A model generated the notes under the pieces. It made no database searches. It was given only the letters and a program-made list of their open reading frames with translations, and was not told where the DNA came from. A stretch of 32,000 nucleotides of DNA from Geotalea daltonii FRC-32 (GTDB lineage Bacteria > Desulfobacterota > Desulfuromonadia > Geobacterales > Geobacteraceae), in the NCBI RefSeq assembly GCF_000022265.1, contig NC_011979.1, forward strand, positions 3,030,001-3,062,000, in the 5' to 3' direction. Made by a program: the position numbers and the translations under genes. Below, one piece after another: positions 1-8,375 of the stretch. How positions within the stretch are numbered: the first letter of the stretch is position 1; every line of letters begins with the position of its first letter.

Positions 1-2181
1 AGCAGGTTGCTTTTCCAGGCTTTTCAAAAAACGATGCTGACCCAGATACTGGCCAAGAGAAGCGATGCCTTTATCAGGGAGAAACTGGACGAGCTGAAGA
101 AACGTCGTGATAAATATGGGTCGAGCATTTACATTCTTGAGCCCAACATCAAGGAAGGGGAGGGATGTCTGCGGGATCTGCATACGGCAATCTGGGTCGC
201 GAAGATCAAGTACAAGATCGATGATCCCCGTGAGCTGATCGTCAAGGGGGTGCTGTCCGAAGAAGAACTTGCCGTTTACAACGCTTCGCTCTCCTATCTG
301 TGGCGGATACGGAATGAAATGCATTATCTCGCCGGGCGCAAGAACGATCAGCTGACCTTCGACAGCCAGACCAACCTTGCCCAGTTCTTCGGCTACAAGG
401 ACCGGGGAAAGGTCTTGGCGGTAGAAGATTTCATGCGCGATTTTTATCTCCATGCAACAAGGGTCGAGCATTTTTCATCTCTGGTAATAACAAAGTGTGC
501 ATTGCGTGAGGATGGCCCACTCAAGATACTGGGCTACTTCACCCGCCGCCCCGTGGGAGAAGGCTTCTATGTGCTGAAAGGAGAGTTGGTGATCCCCGAT
601 GAGACGATCATCGAAAAGGACCCGGCCCGCCTGATGAAGCTTTTCGAATACGCCCAGAAGCACAGCGTATCCCTGAACATCAAGGTAAAGGCATTGGTAA
701 GGAGAAGCCTGGACCTGGTTAATGACAAATTCCGCCGTTCGAAAGATGTTAACAGCTCATTTTTTGCCATCCTTCGCTCGGAAAAGGGGGTTGCTGAAAC
801 ACTGAAACTGATGCACCACCTGGAGTTTCTCAACGTGTTCCTCCCGGAATTCGAGAGGATCTACTGCAAGGTTCAGCACGACATCTACCACATTTATACG
901 GTTGATATCCATTCCCTGTTCTGCGTTGAGGAGATTGTAAAACTTTGGAGAGGCGAGCACCGGGAGGATCTGCCGCTGCTTACACAGCTTGCCTGCGAAG
1001 TGGACAAGCGGGAGTTGCTTCTTCTTGCCGTGCTGCTCCACGATGTGGGCAAGGGGGAAGGTGGAGGCCATGCGGAAAAGGGGGCTGACCTGTCCCGGAC
1101 CATTGCCCGCCGTATGGGGCTCAGCAAGGAGGACAGCGAACGTCTCGATTTTCTGATCAGAAACCACCTGCTTTTCGCCCATATTGCCCAGCGACGTGAC
1201 CTGCACGACGAGAAGATGATCATCGAGTTTGCCCGACAGATGGGTAAGAGCGAAAACCTGAAAATGCTCTATCTCCTGACCTATGCCGATATAAAGGGAG
1301 TGGGGCCCGAGGTTTGGACCGAATGGAAGGCCCTGCTTCTGCAGGAACTGTATGAAAAGGCTTTCCAGGTTCTGGAGCGTGGTGACTTCGAGTTTGAGGC
1401 CAGCAGTGAACGGGTGAAGAAGGTCAAGCGGCAGGTTCTTGAAATCATAGATGACGAATATCCTGCTACTGTCGTAAAAGATGAACTCAAAGCGCTTACG
1501 ACGAGGCATGTCCTTTCCAATGCTCCCCCGGTAATTGCCGACCACGTGCGAATTCTCCTGCAACTTGAAGAAAAACCGCTGGTGCTGAAAGTATCCCATG
1601 AAATAGACAGGGGGTTTTCCAGCTTCACCATCTGCACCTTTGATACCCCAGGCCTCTTTTCCATGATAACGGGGGTTATGGCGGCAAACGGCATGAACAT
1701 TCTCGGAGCGCACATCCTGACCAATCTCAACGGCAAGGTGCTGGACGTGCTGCAGGTCAATTCTCCCCAAGGCTTTGTCATAACAGATGAGGCGCGCTGG
1801 CAGAGGGTTGAGGACGACATGCGCCAGGTTCTTGAAGGTAAGACAAAGATCGCTGCCCTGGTTAAAAAACGGCACCGGGCCGCCTTCCTTGCTGAAAAGG
1901 CAAAACCGAAGTTTCCCACCAGGGTCGAGATCGACAACGAGGTTTCCGCGGATTACACGGTTATCGACATCTATACCCACGATAAGGTGGGACTCCTCTA
2001 CAGGATCACCAGCGCCTTGAGCGAACTGGGGCTCTATATCGGTGTCTCCAAGGTTTCCACCAAGGTTGACCAGGTTGCGGACGTATTTTACGTGAAGGAC
2101 ATTTTCGGCCAGAAGATCCTGGATCAGGACAAACTGGAAGAGATCCGCGGCCGGCTGCTCCAGAGCATAGATGAGGCATGA
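1..2181 (+). CDS. glnD: [Protein-PII] uridylyltransferase / uridylyl-removing enzyme GlnD, C-terminal ~725 codons (5' end cut by window edge)
   Basis: The reading frame is open back to nt 1. It carries the GlnD-type motif EPNIKEGEGCLRDLHT and the HD-domain motif LLHDVGKG. Two C-terminal ACT-like repeats are present (FTICTFDTPGLFSMITGVMA and VIDIYTHDKVGLLYRITSAL). Confidence 0.93.
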   Translation, partial: SRLLFQAFQKTMLTQILAKRSDAFIREKLDELKKRRDKYGSSIYILEPNIKEGEGCLRDLHTAIWVAKIKYKIDDPRELIVKGVLSEEELAVYNASLSYLWRIRNEMHYLAGRKNDQLTFDSQTNLAQFFGYKDRGKVLAVEDFMRDFYLHATRVEHFSSLVITKCALREDGPLKILGYFTRRPVGEGFYVLKGELVIPDETIIEKDPARLMKLFEYAQKHSVSLNIKVKALVRRSLDLVNDKFRRSKDVNSSFFAILRSEKGVAETLKLMHHLEFLNVFLPEFERIYCKVQHDIYHIYTVDIHSLFCVEEIVKLWRGEHREDLPLLTQLACEVDKRELLLLAVLLHDVGKGEGGGHAEKGADLSRTIARRMGLSKEDSERLDFLIRNHLLFAHIAQRRDLHDEKMIIEFARQMGKSENLKMLYLLTYADIKGVGPEVWTEWKALLLQELYEKAFQVLERGDFEFEASSERVKKVKRQVLEIIDDEYPATVVKDELKALTTRHVLSNAPPVIADHVRILLQLEEKPLVLKVSHEIDRGFSSFTICTFDTPGLFSMITGVMAANGMNILGAHILTNLNGKVLDVLQVNSPQGFVITDEARWQRVEDDMRQVLEGKTKIAALVKKRHRAAFLAEKAKPKFPTRVEIDNEVSADYTVIDIYTHDKVGLLYRITSALSELGLYIGVSKVSTKVDQVADVFYVKDIFGQKILDQDKLEEIRGRLLQSIDEA

Positions 2182-3065
2182 ACGAATATCTTGACCTCTT
2201 TCTCAACTACCTTCAGGTGGAGAAGGGTTTGACAAAAAACACCCTTGAGGCCTATAGTCGTGATCTTAGCGTCTATCTTGATTTTCTTGCAGGCCAGGGA
2301 CGCCTGGATCTGGACCACATAACGGCCATGGATGTGATTGAACACCTTGCAGGTCTGAAGGAGAGGGGACTTTCCCCCAGAAGTCGGGCCAGGGCCCTTT
2401 CTGCTGTTAAAATGTTTCACCGTTTCCTGATGGTGGAAAACCATTGCCCGAATAATCCTGCTGTCATTATCGAAGCACCAAGGAGCCTGAACAGGCTGCC
2501 TGACGTACTGTCGGGGCGAGAGGTCGAACTGCTGCTTGATTCTGCTCGCTCTGCGGACTTAAATGATGTAAGGGACCTGGCCATGCTTGAGGTACTCTAT
2601 GCCACCGGCCTCCGCGTTTCGGAACTGGTGGCGCTGAAGCTTCGGGATGTCAATCTGGACGCCGGCTATCTTCTTACCATGGGCAAAGGGGAAAAGGAGC
2701 GTCTGGTTCCGTTGGGAGAAACTGCACGGCTTGCCACAGCCGAATATCTACGCTCTGCCAGGGTAAAAGCCGATCGAAAAGGAGACTGCGAGATCCTTTT
2801 TATCAGCAGGCTGGGTGACGGGATGACCCGCCAGGCTTTTTGGAACATCATCAAGAAACGTGCTGCCGCCGCCGGCATCAGGAAAAGCATCTCGCCCCAC
2901 AGTCTGAGACACTCCTTTGCCACCCATCTGCTGGAAAACGGGGCTGATCTGCGCAGTGTGCAGATCATGCTGGGCCATGCGGATCTGTCTTCTACACAGA
3001 TATACACACATGTGACCAGAGAGAGGTTAAAGCAGCTCCACCAGGATATACACCCAAGAGGTTAG
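2178..3065 (+). CDS. xerD: Tyrosine site-specific recombinase XerD (chromosome dimer resolution)
   Basis: 295 aa. The N-terminus LDLFLNYLQVEKGLTKNTLEAYSRDLSVYLDFL is XerD-like. Catalytic signature residues are present: ATGLRVSEL (Arg), HSLRHSFATHLL (HxxR) and LGHADLSSTQIYTHV (His...Tyr). The ATGA start overlaps the glnD stop. Confidence 0.9.
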   Translation: MNEYLDLFLNYLQVEKGLTKNTLEAYSRDLSVYLDFLAGQGRLDLDHITAMDVIEHLAGLKERGLSPRSRARALSAVKMFHRFLMVENHCPNNPAVIIEAPRSLNRLPDVLSGREVELLLDSARSADLNDVRDLAMLEVLYATGLRVSELVALKLRDVNLDAGYLLTMGKGEKERLVPLGETARLATAEYLRSARVKADRKGDCEILFISRLGDGMTRQAFWNIIKKRAAAAGIRKSISPHSLRHSFATHLLENGADLRSVQIMLGHADLSSTQIYTHVTRERLKQLHQDIHPRG

Positions 3066-3107
3066 CTTTTTTGTAATGCATTAATTCTATTAACGAAAGG
3101 AAGTTCC

Positions 3108-4310
3108 ATGAAGTACATTGTCTTGCTCGGCGACGGCATGTCCGACGAAAAGGTCGGGGAACTGGGGGGGAAAACTCCACTGCAGGCGGCTAAGACGCCG
3201 AATATGGATTTCATGGCAAAGCGCGGCAGGTTGGGGCTTGCCAGAACAGTTCCAGATGGTTTGCCGCCAGGTAGCGACGTGGCAAATCTTTCCGTTTTCG
3301 GTTACGATCCTGCAAGTTGTTACACCGGCAGGTCGCCGCTGGAAGCTGCGAGCATGGGGGTTGAGCTGGGAAAGGATGATGTGGCTTTCCGGGTTAATCT
3401 GATCAACCTTCAACCCCACGCCGGCAAGCTTTACATGCGCGACTATTCGGCAGGGCACATTTCCACCGATGACGGCAGAGAACTGATCGCGGCGCTGCAG
3501 GAGAATCTGGACAGCGATGAGTTCCAGTTCTATCCCGGGGTGGGCTATCGCCATCTCATGGTCTGGCGAAAGGGAAAGGACAAGATTTCTGCCACCCCTC
3601 CCCACGATATCACCGGCAAGGAAATTCTTGAATTTCTGCCCCATGGAGAAGGGGCTGAGCAGCTTATCAACCTGATGAACTCTTCCCAACTGGTTTTCTT
3701 CAACCATCCCCAGTATAAGCGGCGTCTGGAGAAAGGCGAAATGCCGGCCAACTCCATCTGGCTCTGGGGACACGGCAAATCTCCAAAAATGGCCACCTTC
3801 GCCGATAAATTCGGCCTCAGTGGCGCCGTCATCTCGGCAGTGGATTTGATCAAGGGGATCGGGGTCTATGCAGGCCTCGACATTATCAATGTGCCGGGAG
3901 CGACCGGTTACATAGATACCAACTACAAAGGAAAGGCCGATGCTGCTTTGCAGGCTCTGCAAGAGCACGATTATGTTTATCTTCACGTTGAGGCCCCCGA
4001 TGAGGCCTCACATTCAGGTAACCTGCAGGATAAGGTAAAGGCCATCGAGCAGTTCGACTCACTGGTGGTGGGCCCGGTCATGGAAGGAATCCATCAGTTC
4101 GGTCAGTATCGGATTCTCTGTGCACCGGACCATCCGACCCCGGTCAGCCTGATGACCCATACTTCCGACCCGGTTCCTTTTATTCTCTATGGGGGTGAAA
4201 AGAAGGTCAATGACGGCGTGGCTGGCTATGACGAGGAATCTGCAGCTGCCACAGGCCTTTTTGTCGAAGAGGGCTTCAGATTGATGAATATGATGATGGC
4301 TAAAGCCTGA
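3108..4310 (+). CDS. apgM: Cofactor-independent phosphoglycerate mutase, archaeal ApgM type (family also proposed as an alternative homoserine kinase)
   Basis: 400 aa. The N-terminus MKYIVLLGDGMSDEKVGELGGKTPLQAAKTPNMDFMAKRG and the later VYLHVEAPDEASHSG are alkaline-phosphatase-superfamily metal-site motifs typical of ApgM-like proteins. The SD sequence GAAAGGAAG lies upstream. Confidence 0.8.
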   Translation: MKYIVLLGDGMSDEKVGELGGKTPLQAAKTPNMDFMAKRGRLGLARTVPDGLPPGSDVANLSVFGYDPASCYTGRSPLEAASMGVELGKDDVAFRVNLINLQPHAGKLYMRDYSAGHISTDDGRELIAALQENLDSDEFQFYPGVGYRHLMVWRKGKDKISATPPHDITGKEILEFLPHGEGAEQLINLMNSSQLVFFNHPQYKRRLEKGEMPANSIWLWGHGKSPKMATFADKFGLSGAVISAVDLIKGIGVYAGLDIINVPGATGYIDTNYKGKADAALQALQEHDYVYLHVEAPDEASHSGNLQDKVKAIEQFDSLVVGPVMEGIHQFGQYRILCAPDHPTPVSLMTHTSDPVPFILYGGEKKVNDGVAGYDEESAAATGLFVEEGFRLMNMMMAKA

Positions 4311-4414
4311 TTCAGGACATAAAGGCGGCTTTTTTCGCCAGGCATTTTTCTTGATTTGCACTATTGTTTGAGCTAAGCTTACAAAAATTTAATTTCATTT
4401 AAGGGGGCAACAAA

Positions 4415-5356
4415 ATGTTAAGCGAGCCGGGGAAGTCAAAATTTCAAATCGATCTGCGTCGTCATCTGCGCAGTCAGAATATCTGTGACAAGCTTGTACA
4501 CCTCATCTGCGAAATTGCCGAGGCAAGCAAGTATGTGATTAATGCGGTTCGTACCGGCGATCTGGGTGTTGCCGGTACCTCCAACCTTTACGGTGAAGAG
4601 CAGCTGGCTCTGGATGTACTGTCCGACCGGATCATGAGAAAGCGGCTCATTCATTCCGGAGTGGTCTGCAACATAGCCTCCGAGGAGATGGATGAGATCT
4701 ATCAGGTTACAACAGATTCCGACGGCCTTTATTCGGTTGCCTACGATCCCCTTGACGGCTCTTCTCTGGTGGATGTCAATCTGGCCGTAGGCACCATCGT
4801 TTCCATCTTCAAGGGAGACAACCTCCTGCAGGAAGGACGCAAGCAGGTAGCTGCCATGTATATCCTTTACGGACCCCGCGTCTCACTGGTATACTCCGTA
4901 GGTGACGGTGTACATGAGTTCACCATGAACCAGTTGATGGAGTATAACCTGACCAGGGAAAACGTCCGCATGCAGCGTGACGGCAATATTTACTCGCCCG
5001 GAGGACTGCGCAACAAGTACAACGAGGGGGATGAGAAGTTCATCCGTTACCTTGAGGCAAAAGGGTGCAAGCTGCGCTATTCCGGCGGATTCGTGCCCGA
5101 CATCAACCAGGTTCTGATGAAAGGGAAGGGGCTTTTCATGTACCCGGCGCTGAACGGTTCACCCAATGGGAAACTGCGCCTTCTGTTCGAGCTCAATCCC
5201 ATGGCCTTTCTTATTGAACATGCAGGGGGGGCTGCAACAAACGGCAAAACTCCCATACTGGACCTGAAGCCGGAAAGCCTGGACCAGCGAGCACCAATTT
5301 ATATCGGGTGTGTGGAAGACGTAAATCGCGCCATGGAGTACGTGGACAAAGCATAA
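4415..5356 (+). CDS. fbp: Fructose-1,6-bisphosphatase class 1
   Basis: 313 aa. FBPase class I motifs are present: NLYGEEQLALDVLSD, AYDPLDGSSLVDVNLAVGTI and RYSGGFVPDINQVL. The SD sequence AGGGGG lies upstream. Confidence 0.93.
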   Translation: MLSEPGKSKFQIDLRRHLRSQNICDKLVHLICEIAEASKYVINAVRTGDLGVAGTSNLYGEEQLALDVLSDRIMRKRLIHSGVVCNIASEEMDEIYQVTTDSDGLYSVAYDPLDGSSLVDVNLAVGTIVSIFKGDNLLQEGRKQVAAMYILYGPRVSLVYSVGDGVHEFTMNQLMEYNLTRENVRMQRDGNIYSPGGLRNKYNEGDEKFIRYLEAKGCKLRYSGGFVPDINQVLMKGKGLFMYPALNGSPNGKLRLLFELNPMAFLIEHAGGAATNGKTPILDLKPESLDQRAPIYIGCVEDVNRAMEYVDKA

Positions 5357-5375
5357 TGATTCAACGGAGTAAATT

Positions 5376-5651
5376 ATGGAAGATGTACAAAATCAACGGA
5401 GACTTTGCACGGAAATACAGCTTTTTGACCTGTGTGACAGGGATACCTGTTCGCACCGTGATGGGCGCTACTGCACCAAAGGAGACATCCTCGCAAAATT
5501 CGAAGCAATAAAGGAAGAGGACGAGCGCTCCCCCGAACAGTTCATGGCCGAAGAACTTGATGATACTGAAGGCGCCGGTGACATGGGCTATGATGAATCA
5601 TTCGGCGTCGATGAATACGGGGATGATGAACCTGACGAAGACGATCTGTAA
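5376..5651 (+). CDS. Small hypothetical protein: N-terminal Cys4 cluster plus strongly acidic C-terminal tail
   Basis: 91-aa ORF starting 19 nt after the fbp stop, with the SD-like ACGGAG 6 nt upstream. A clear intrinsic terminator follows it. I do not recognise a family. Confidence 0.55.
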   Translation: MEDVQNQRRLCTEIQLFDLCDRDTCSHRDGRYCTKGDILAKFEAIKEEDERSPEQFMAEELDDTEGAGDMGYDESFGVDEYGDDEPDEDDL

Positions 5652-5674
5652 TTGCACCATCAATAACCACCATC

Positions 5675-5707
5675 AAAAAGCCGCTTTGCAAAAGGCGGCT
5701 TTTTTTA
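5675..5707 (+). terminator. Rho-independent terminator closing the fbp / small-ORF transcription unit
   Basis: The sequence is AAAAAGCCGCTTTGCAAAAGGCGGCTTTTTTT. The stem GCCGC/GCGGC is extended by A-T pairs, has an A-tract upstream and is followed by a T7 run, so it could act bidirectionally. Confidence 0.75.
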
Positions 5708-5728
5708 TGGATCAACGTCAACTGCTAA

Positions 5729-5745
5729 AGGAGTGCTTTTTGCAG
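5729..5745 (+). promoter_or_regulatory. Candidate sigma-54 (-24/-12) promoter upstream of the enhancer-binding-protein gene
   Basis: aGGagtgcttttTGCa: the GG (5730-5731) and GC (5742-5743) have the canonical 12-nt register of TGGCAC-N5-TTGCW, and the -12 element matches TTGCA. This is a motif match only, about 37 nt upstream of the ATG. Confidence 0.3.
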
Positions 5746-5781
5746 CCGATACGTATTCCATAGAAAGAGGAGATCCAACCC

Positions 5782-7233
5782 ATGACAGCAAAACTGCTTA
5801 TTCTTGATGACGACCCAGATATTCTCCTGATGCTGAAAACTGTTTTTCATGGCGAGGAAATGGAGGTAATGCTTGAGAGCGAAAGCGATGCCGCTCTCAA
5901 GCTTATACTGACCGAACGTCCGAATGTGGCCATTTTCGATATAAGCATGCCAGGCAAATCGGGCTTTCAGGTTTTGCAGGAGGCGAAAAAAATTGACCCC
6001 GGGCTGTCAATTATCATGACCACCGGCCACAAGACTACCCAGAATGCAATAGAAGCCATGAAATTTGGCGCTTACGATTATGTAACGAAACCTTTCGATA
6101 CCAATAAACTTAGATCATCCGTGCAAAAGGCTTTGGAATGCAATCTGCTCAACAGGAAGGTGAGATACACCAAAGACACCAATCAGCTCAAACTTGAAGA
6201 AGACGCAGATGACATCATGATCGGTTCCTCTGCGGAAATGATCGAGATCTGGAAGATGGTTGGCAAGGTTGCCGATTCCGATGCCACGGTTCTGATTCAG
6301 GGTGAAAGCGGGACGGGCAAGGAGCTTCTGGCCCGGGCCATCTATGACAATTCCCGGCGAAAAAATCGTCCGTTTCTGGCAGTCAATTGTGCGGCATTGC
6401 CGGAAGCTCTGCTGGAATCGGAACTCTTTGGCCATGAGAAAGGTGCCTTCACCGATGCCCATGCCAGAAGAATCGGCAAATTCGAGCAGTGCAACGGCGG
6501 TACCATCTTTCTTGACGAAATAGGGGAGATGAGCCTGGCCAACCAAGGTAAGCTTTTACGGGTGCTGGAATGCCAGGAGTTCGAGAGAGTCGGAGGCAAC
6601 GATACTATCCGCGTCGATGTGCGCATCATTGCCGCCACCAACAGGAGCCTGGTGACCTCGGTCAAGGAAAAGACCTTCAGAATGGATCTCTTTTACCGGT
6701 TACGGGTTGTCAATTTTTTTCTTCCTCCCCTGAAAGACCGGGCAGAAGATATTCCGCTGCTCATTGACCTGTTCGTCAAGAAATTCTCCCGCAAATACGG
6801 AAAAACCATCAGGCGCGTCGCGCCGGAAACAACGGACCTGCTGCTGAAACACCCCTGGGAGGGAAATATCAGGGAGTTGAAGAATGTCATCAATTCGGCG
6901 ACGGTATTCTGCAAGAGCGACGTGCTGATGCCGGAAGATCTGGAATCATTTCTCACCGCAAAAGCCGGATTCAAGGAAGTGGACCTGGACTGTGCCGGAG
7001 ATGATTACTACGAGGTATTCTGGAAGATGCTGGAGCCGGTTTTCGACGGGATCTGCCTCAAGAACAAGGGGACCATTTATGAAAGCGTCAACATGGGATT
7101 GGAAAAGGCCCTGATCCATATGGCCATGGAAAAGAGCAACAATAACCAGGTCTTCGCTGCGAAACTGCTGGGAATCAGCAGAAACACCCTCCGCGATCGG
7201 TTGGAAAGGTACAAGAGCGGGGCAAACGAATAA
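5782..7233 (+). CDS. Sigma-54-dependent response regulator (NtrC family: REC + AAA+ + Fis-type HTH)
   Basis: 483 aa. The REC domain has DDD, the phospho-acceptor in AIFDISMPG, and KPF. The AAA+ domain has Walker A GESGTGKE, Walker B TIFLDEIGEM, ESELFGHEKGAFTDA and NIRELKN. The C-terminal HTH is AAKLLGISRNTLRDRLERY. Confidence 0.92.
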   Translation: MTAKLLILDDDPDILLMLKTVFHGEEMEVMLESESDAALKLILTERPNVAIFDISMPGKSGFQVLQEAKKIDPGLSIIMTTGHKTTQNAIEAMKFGAYDYVTKPFDTNKLRSSVQKALECNLLNRKVRYTKDTNQLKLEEDADDIMIGSSAEMIEIWKMVGKVADSDATVLIQGESGTGKELLARAIYDNSRRKNRPFLAVNCAALPEALLESELFGHEKGAFTDAHARRIGKFEQCNGGTIFLDEIGEMSLANQGKLLRVLECQEFERVGGNDTIRVDVRIIAATNRSLVTSVKEKTFRMDLFYRLRVVNFFLPPLKDRAEDIPLLIDLFVKKFSRKYGKTIRRVAPETTDLLLKHPWEGNIRELKNVINSATVFCKSDVLMPEDLESFLTAKAGFKEVDLDCAGDDYYEVFWKMLEPVFDGICLKNKGTIYESVNMGLEKALIHMAMEKSNNNQVFAAKLLGISRNTLRDRLERYKSGANE

Positions 7234-7328
7234 GCTTCAATTCATAGGTAACTTTGCACACTCATTTGATTCTCGCCGGGGGGAATGCCTCGTCATTGGC
7301 TGATCTGGTGTTTACAGATGAAAACTAC

Positions 7329-8375
7329 TTAAGAAAAAAATTTTCCTGCCGCAGCCTCCCATTCCTTTTTATCGATTTGCAAGAAGATATCCACGAGTTC
7401 GGGATCGAACTGAAAGCCTCTGCATTTGACGACTTCATCGACAACTGCCTGGAAAGGCAGAGCTTTTCTGTAAGGCCGGTCTGAGGTCATGGCATCCAGG
7501 GTGTCGATCAGACCGAAAATGCGGGCGCTGACAGGTATGTCCTTCCCCTTGAGGCCATTGGGATAACCATTCCCGTCAAAGCGTTCATGGTGGCAGAGCA
7601 CCAGTTCGGCTGCCCCTTTGAAGTATCTGATTCCCTTCAGAATATCGTGTCCCACTTGCGGGTGCCGCCTCATCAGTTCCCACTCTTCAACATCCAGTTT
7701 CCCCGGTTTCAGCAGAATATTGTCGGAAATACCTATTTTGCCTATGTCATGGAGCAGTGCTCCCTTTGCCATGGCAGTTGAATCCTCCTTGTCTATGCCA
7801 AGTTTTTGCGCCATGAGGAGGGTATATGTCATGACCCTTTCTGAATGGGAACCGACTTCTTTTTCCCGTGCGTCCAGCGCCCGTATGAGCGCCGTCAGTG
7901 TATGCTCATAGGCAAGGTTCACCTCACCCATTGCTTCTCTGATTACCTCTGTCTGTTCACGGACCTTTAGTTCGAGATTTGACTGATACTCCCTGTTGTC
8001 TTTTATCAGGCGGCGCTTTTCCGAGATATTCCGCACCGTCAAGAGCACCCTGTCCAGATTGAATGGTTTGGTGATGTAGTCCTCGGCGCCCAAATGTATG
8101 CAGGATAGAGCCGTATCCATGTCGTTAAGCGCCGTTATCATGAGGACGCTGATGTCAGGCTTGACTTTCCTGGCGTCCTTCAACAGCTCCACACCCGACC
8201 TGCCGGGCATCATGATATCGAGAAACGCAATTTCTATGGGTTGGCTTTCCAGTACGTTCAGGCCTTCAACGGCATTACTCGCCTGGTGGCAGTAATAACC
8301 TTCCTTACCCAGGGTTGCGCAAAGCAGGTCCCTGATCATTTCCTCATCATCGGCAATGAGTATGTGTTCTTTCAT
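7329..8375 (-). CDS. Response regulator with HD-GYP output domain (predicted c-di-GMP phosphodiesterase, RpfG family)
   Basis: 348 aa. The REC domain has ADDEE, AFLDIMMPGRSG and TKPF. The HD-GYP signatures are LLHDIGKIG and HHERFDGNGYP. The start ATG overlaps the kinase stop (ATGA), with the SD sequence AGGAGCGG. Confidence 0.9.
   Translation of the reverse strand: MKEHILIADDEEMIRDLLCATLGKEGYYCHQASNAVEGLNVLESQPIEIAFLDIMMPGRSGVELLKDARKVKPDISVLMITALNDMDTALSCIHLGAEDYITKPFNLDRVLLTVRNISEKRRLIKDNREYQSNLELKVREQTEVIREAMGEVNLAYEHTLTALIRALDAREKEVGSHSERVMTYTLLMAQKLGIDKEDSTAMAKGALLHDIGKIGISDNILLKPGKLDVEEWELMRRHPQVGHDILKGIRYFKGAAELVLCHHERFDGNGYPNGLKGKDIPVSARIFGLIDTLDAMTSDRPYRKALPFQAVVDEVVKCRGFQFDPELVDIFLQIDKKEWEAAAGKFFS

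Noticed and set aside
757-1980. 407-aa antisense ORF (plus nested 218-aa and 109-aa ORFs) opposite glnD.
   Set aside because: It lies entirely inside a CDS with strong family motifs on the other strand. Its own translation is low-complexity with no recognisable motif, which is typical of a shadow ORF.
2178-3065. Tyrosine recombinase considered as a marker of an integrated mobile element.
   Set aside because: The sequence is XerD-like and overlaps glnD by ATGA. It is flanked by housekeeping genes, with no tRNA, direct repeats or phage/IS genes nearby.
3090-3986. 298-aa antisense ORF opposite the ApgM-type gene.
   Set aside because: It is a shadow ORF of a well-supported gene. It has no motif and no SD sequence.
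4318-4379. Possible terminator after the ApgM-type gene (GGCG-gctttttt-CGCC) and possible fbp promoter (TTGATT-17-TAAGCT).
   Set aside because: The stem is only 4 bp and the -10 hexamer matches 3/6. Both are too weak to report as features.
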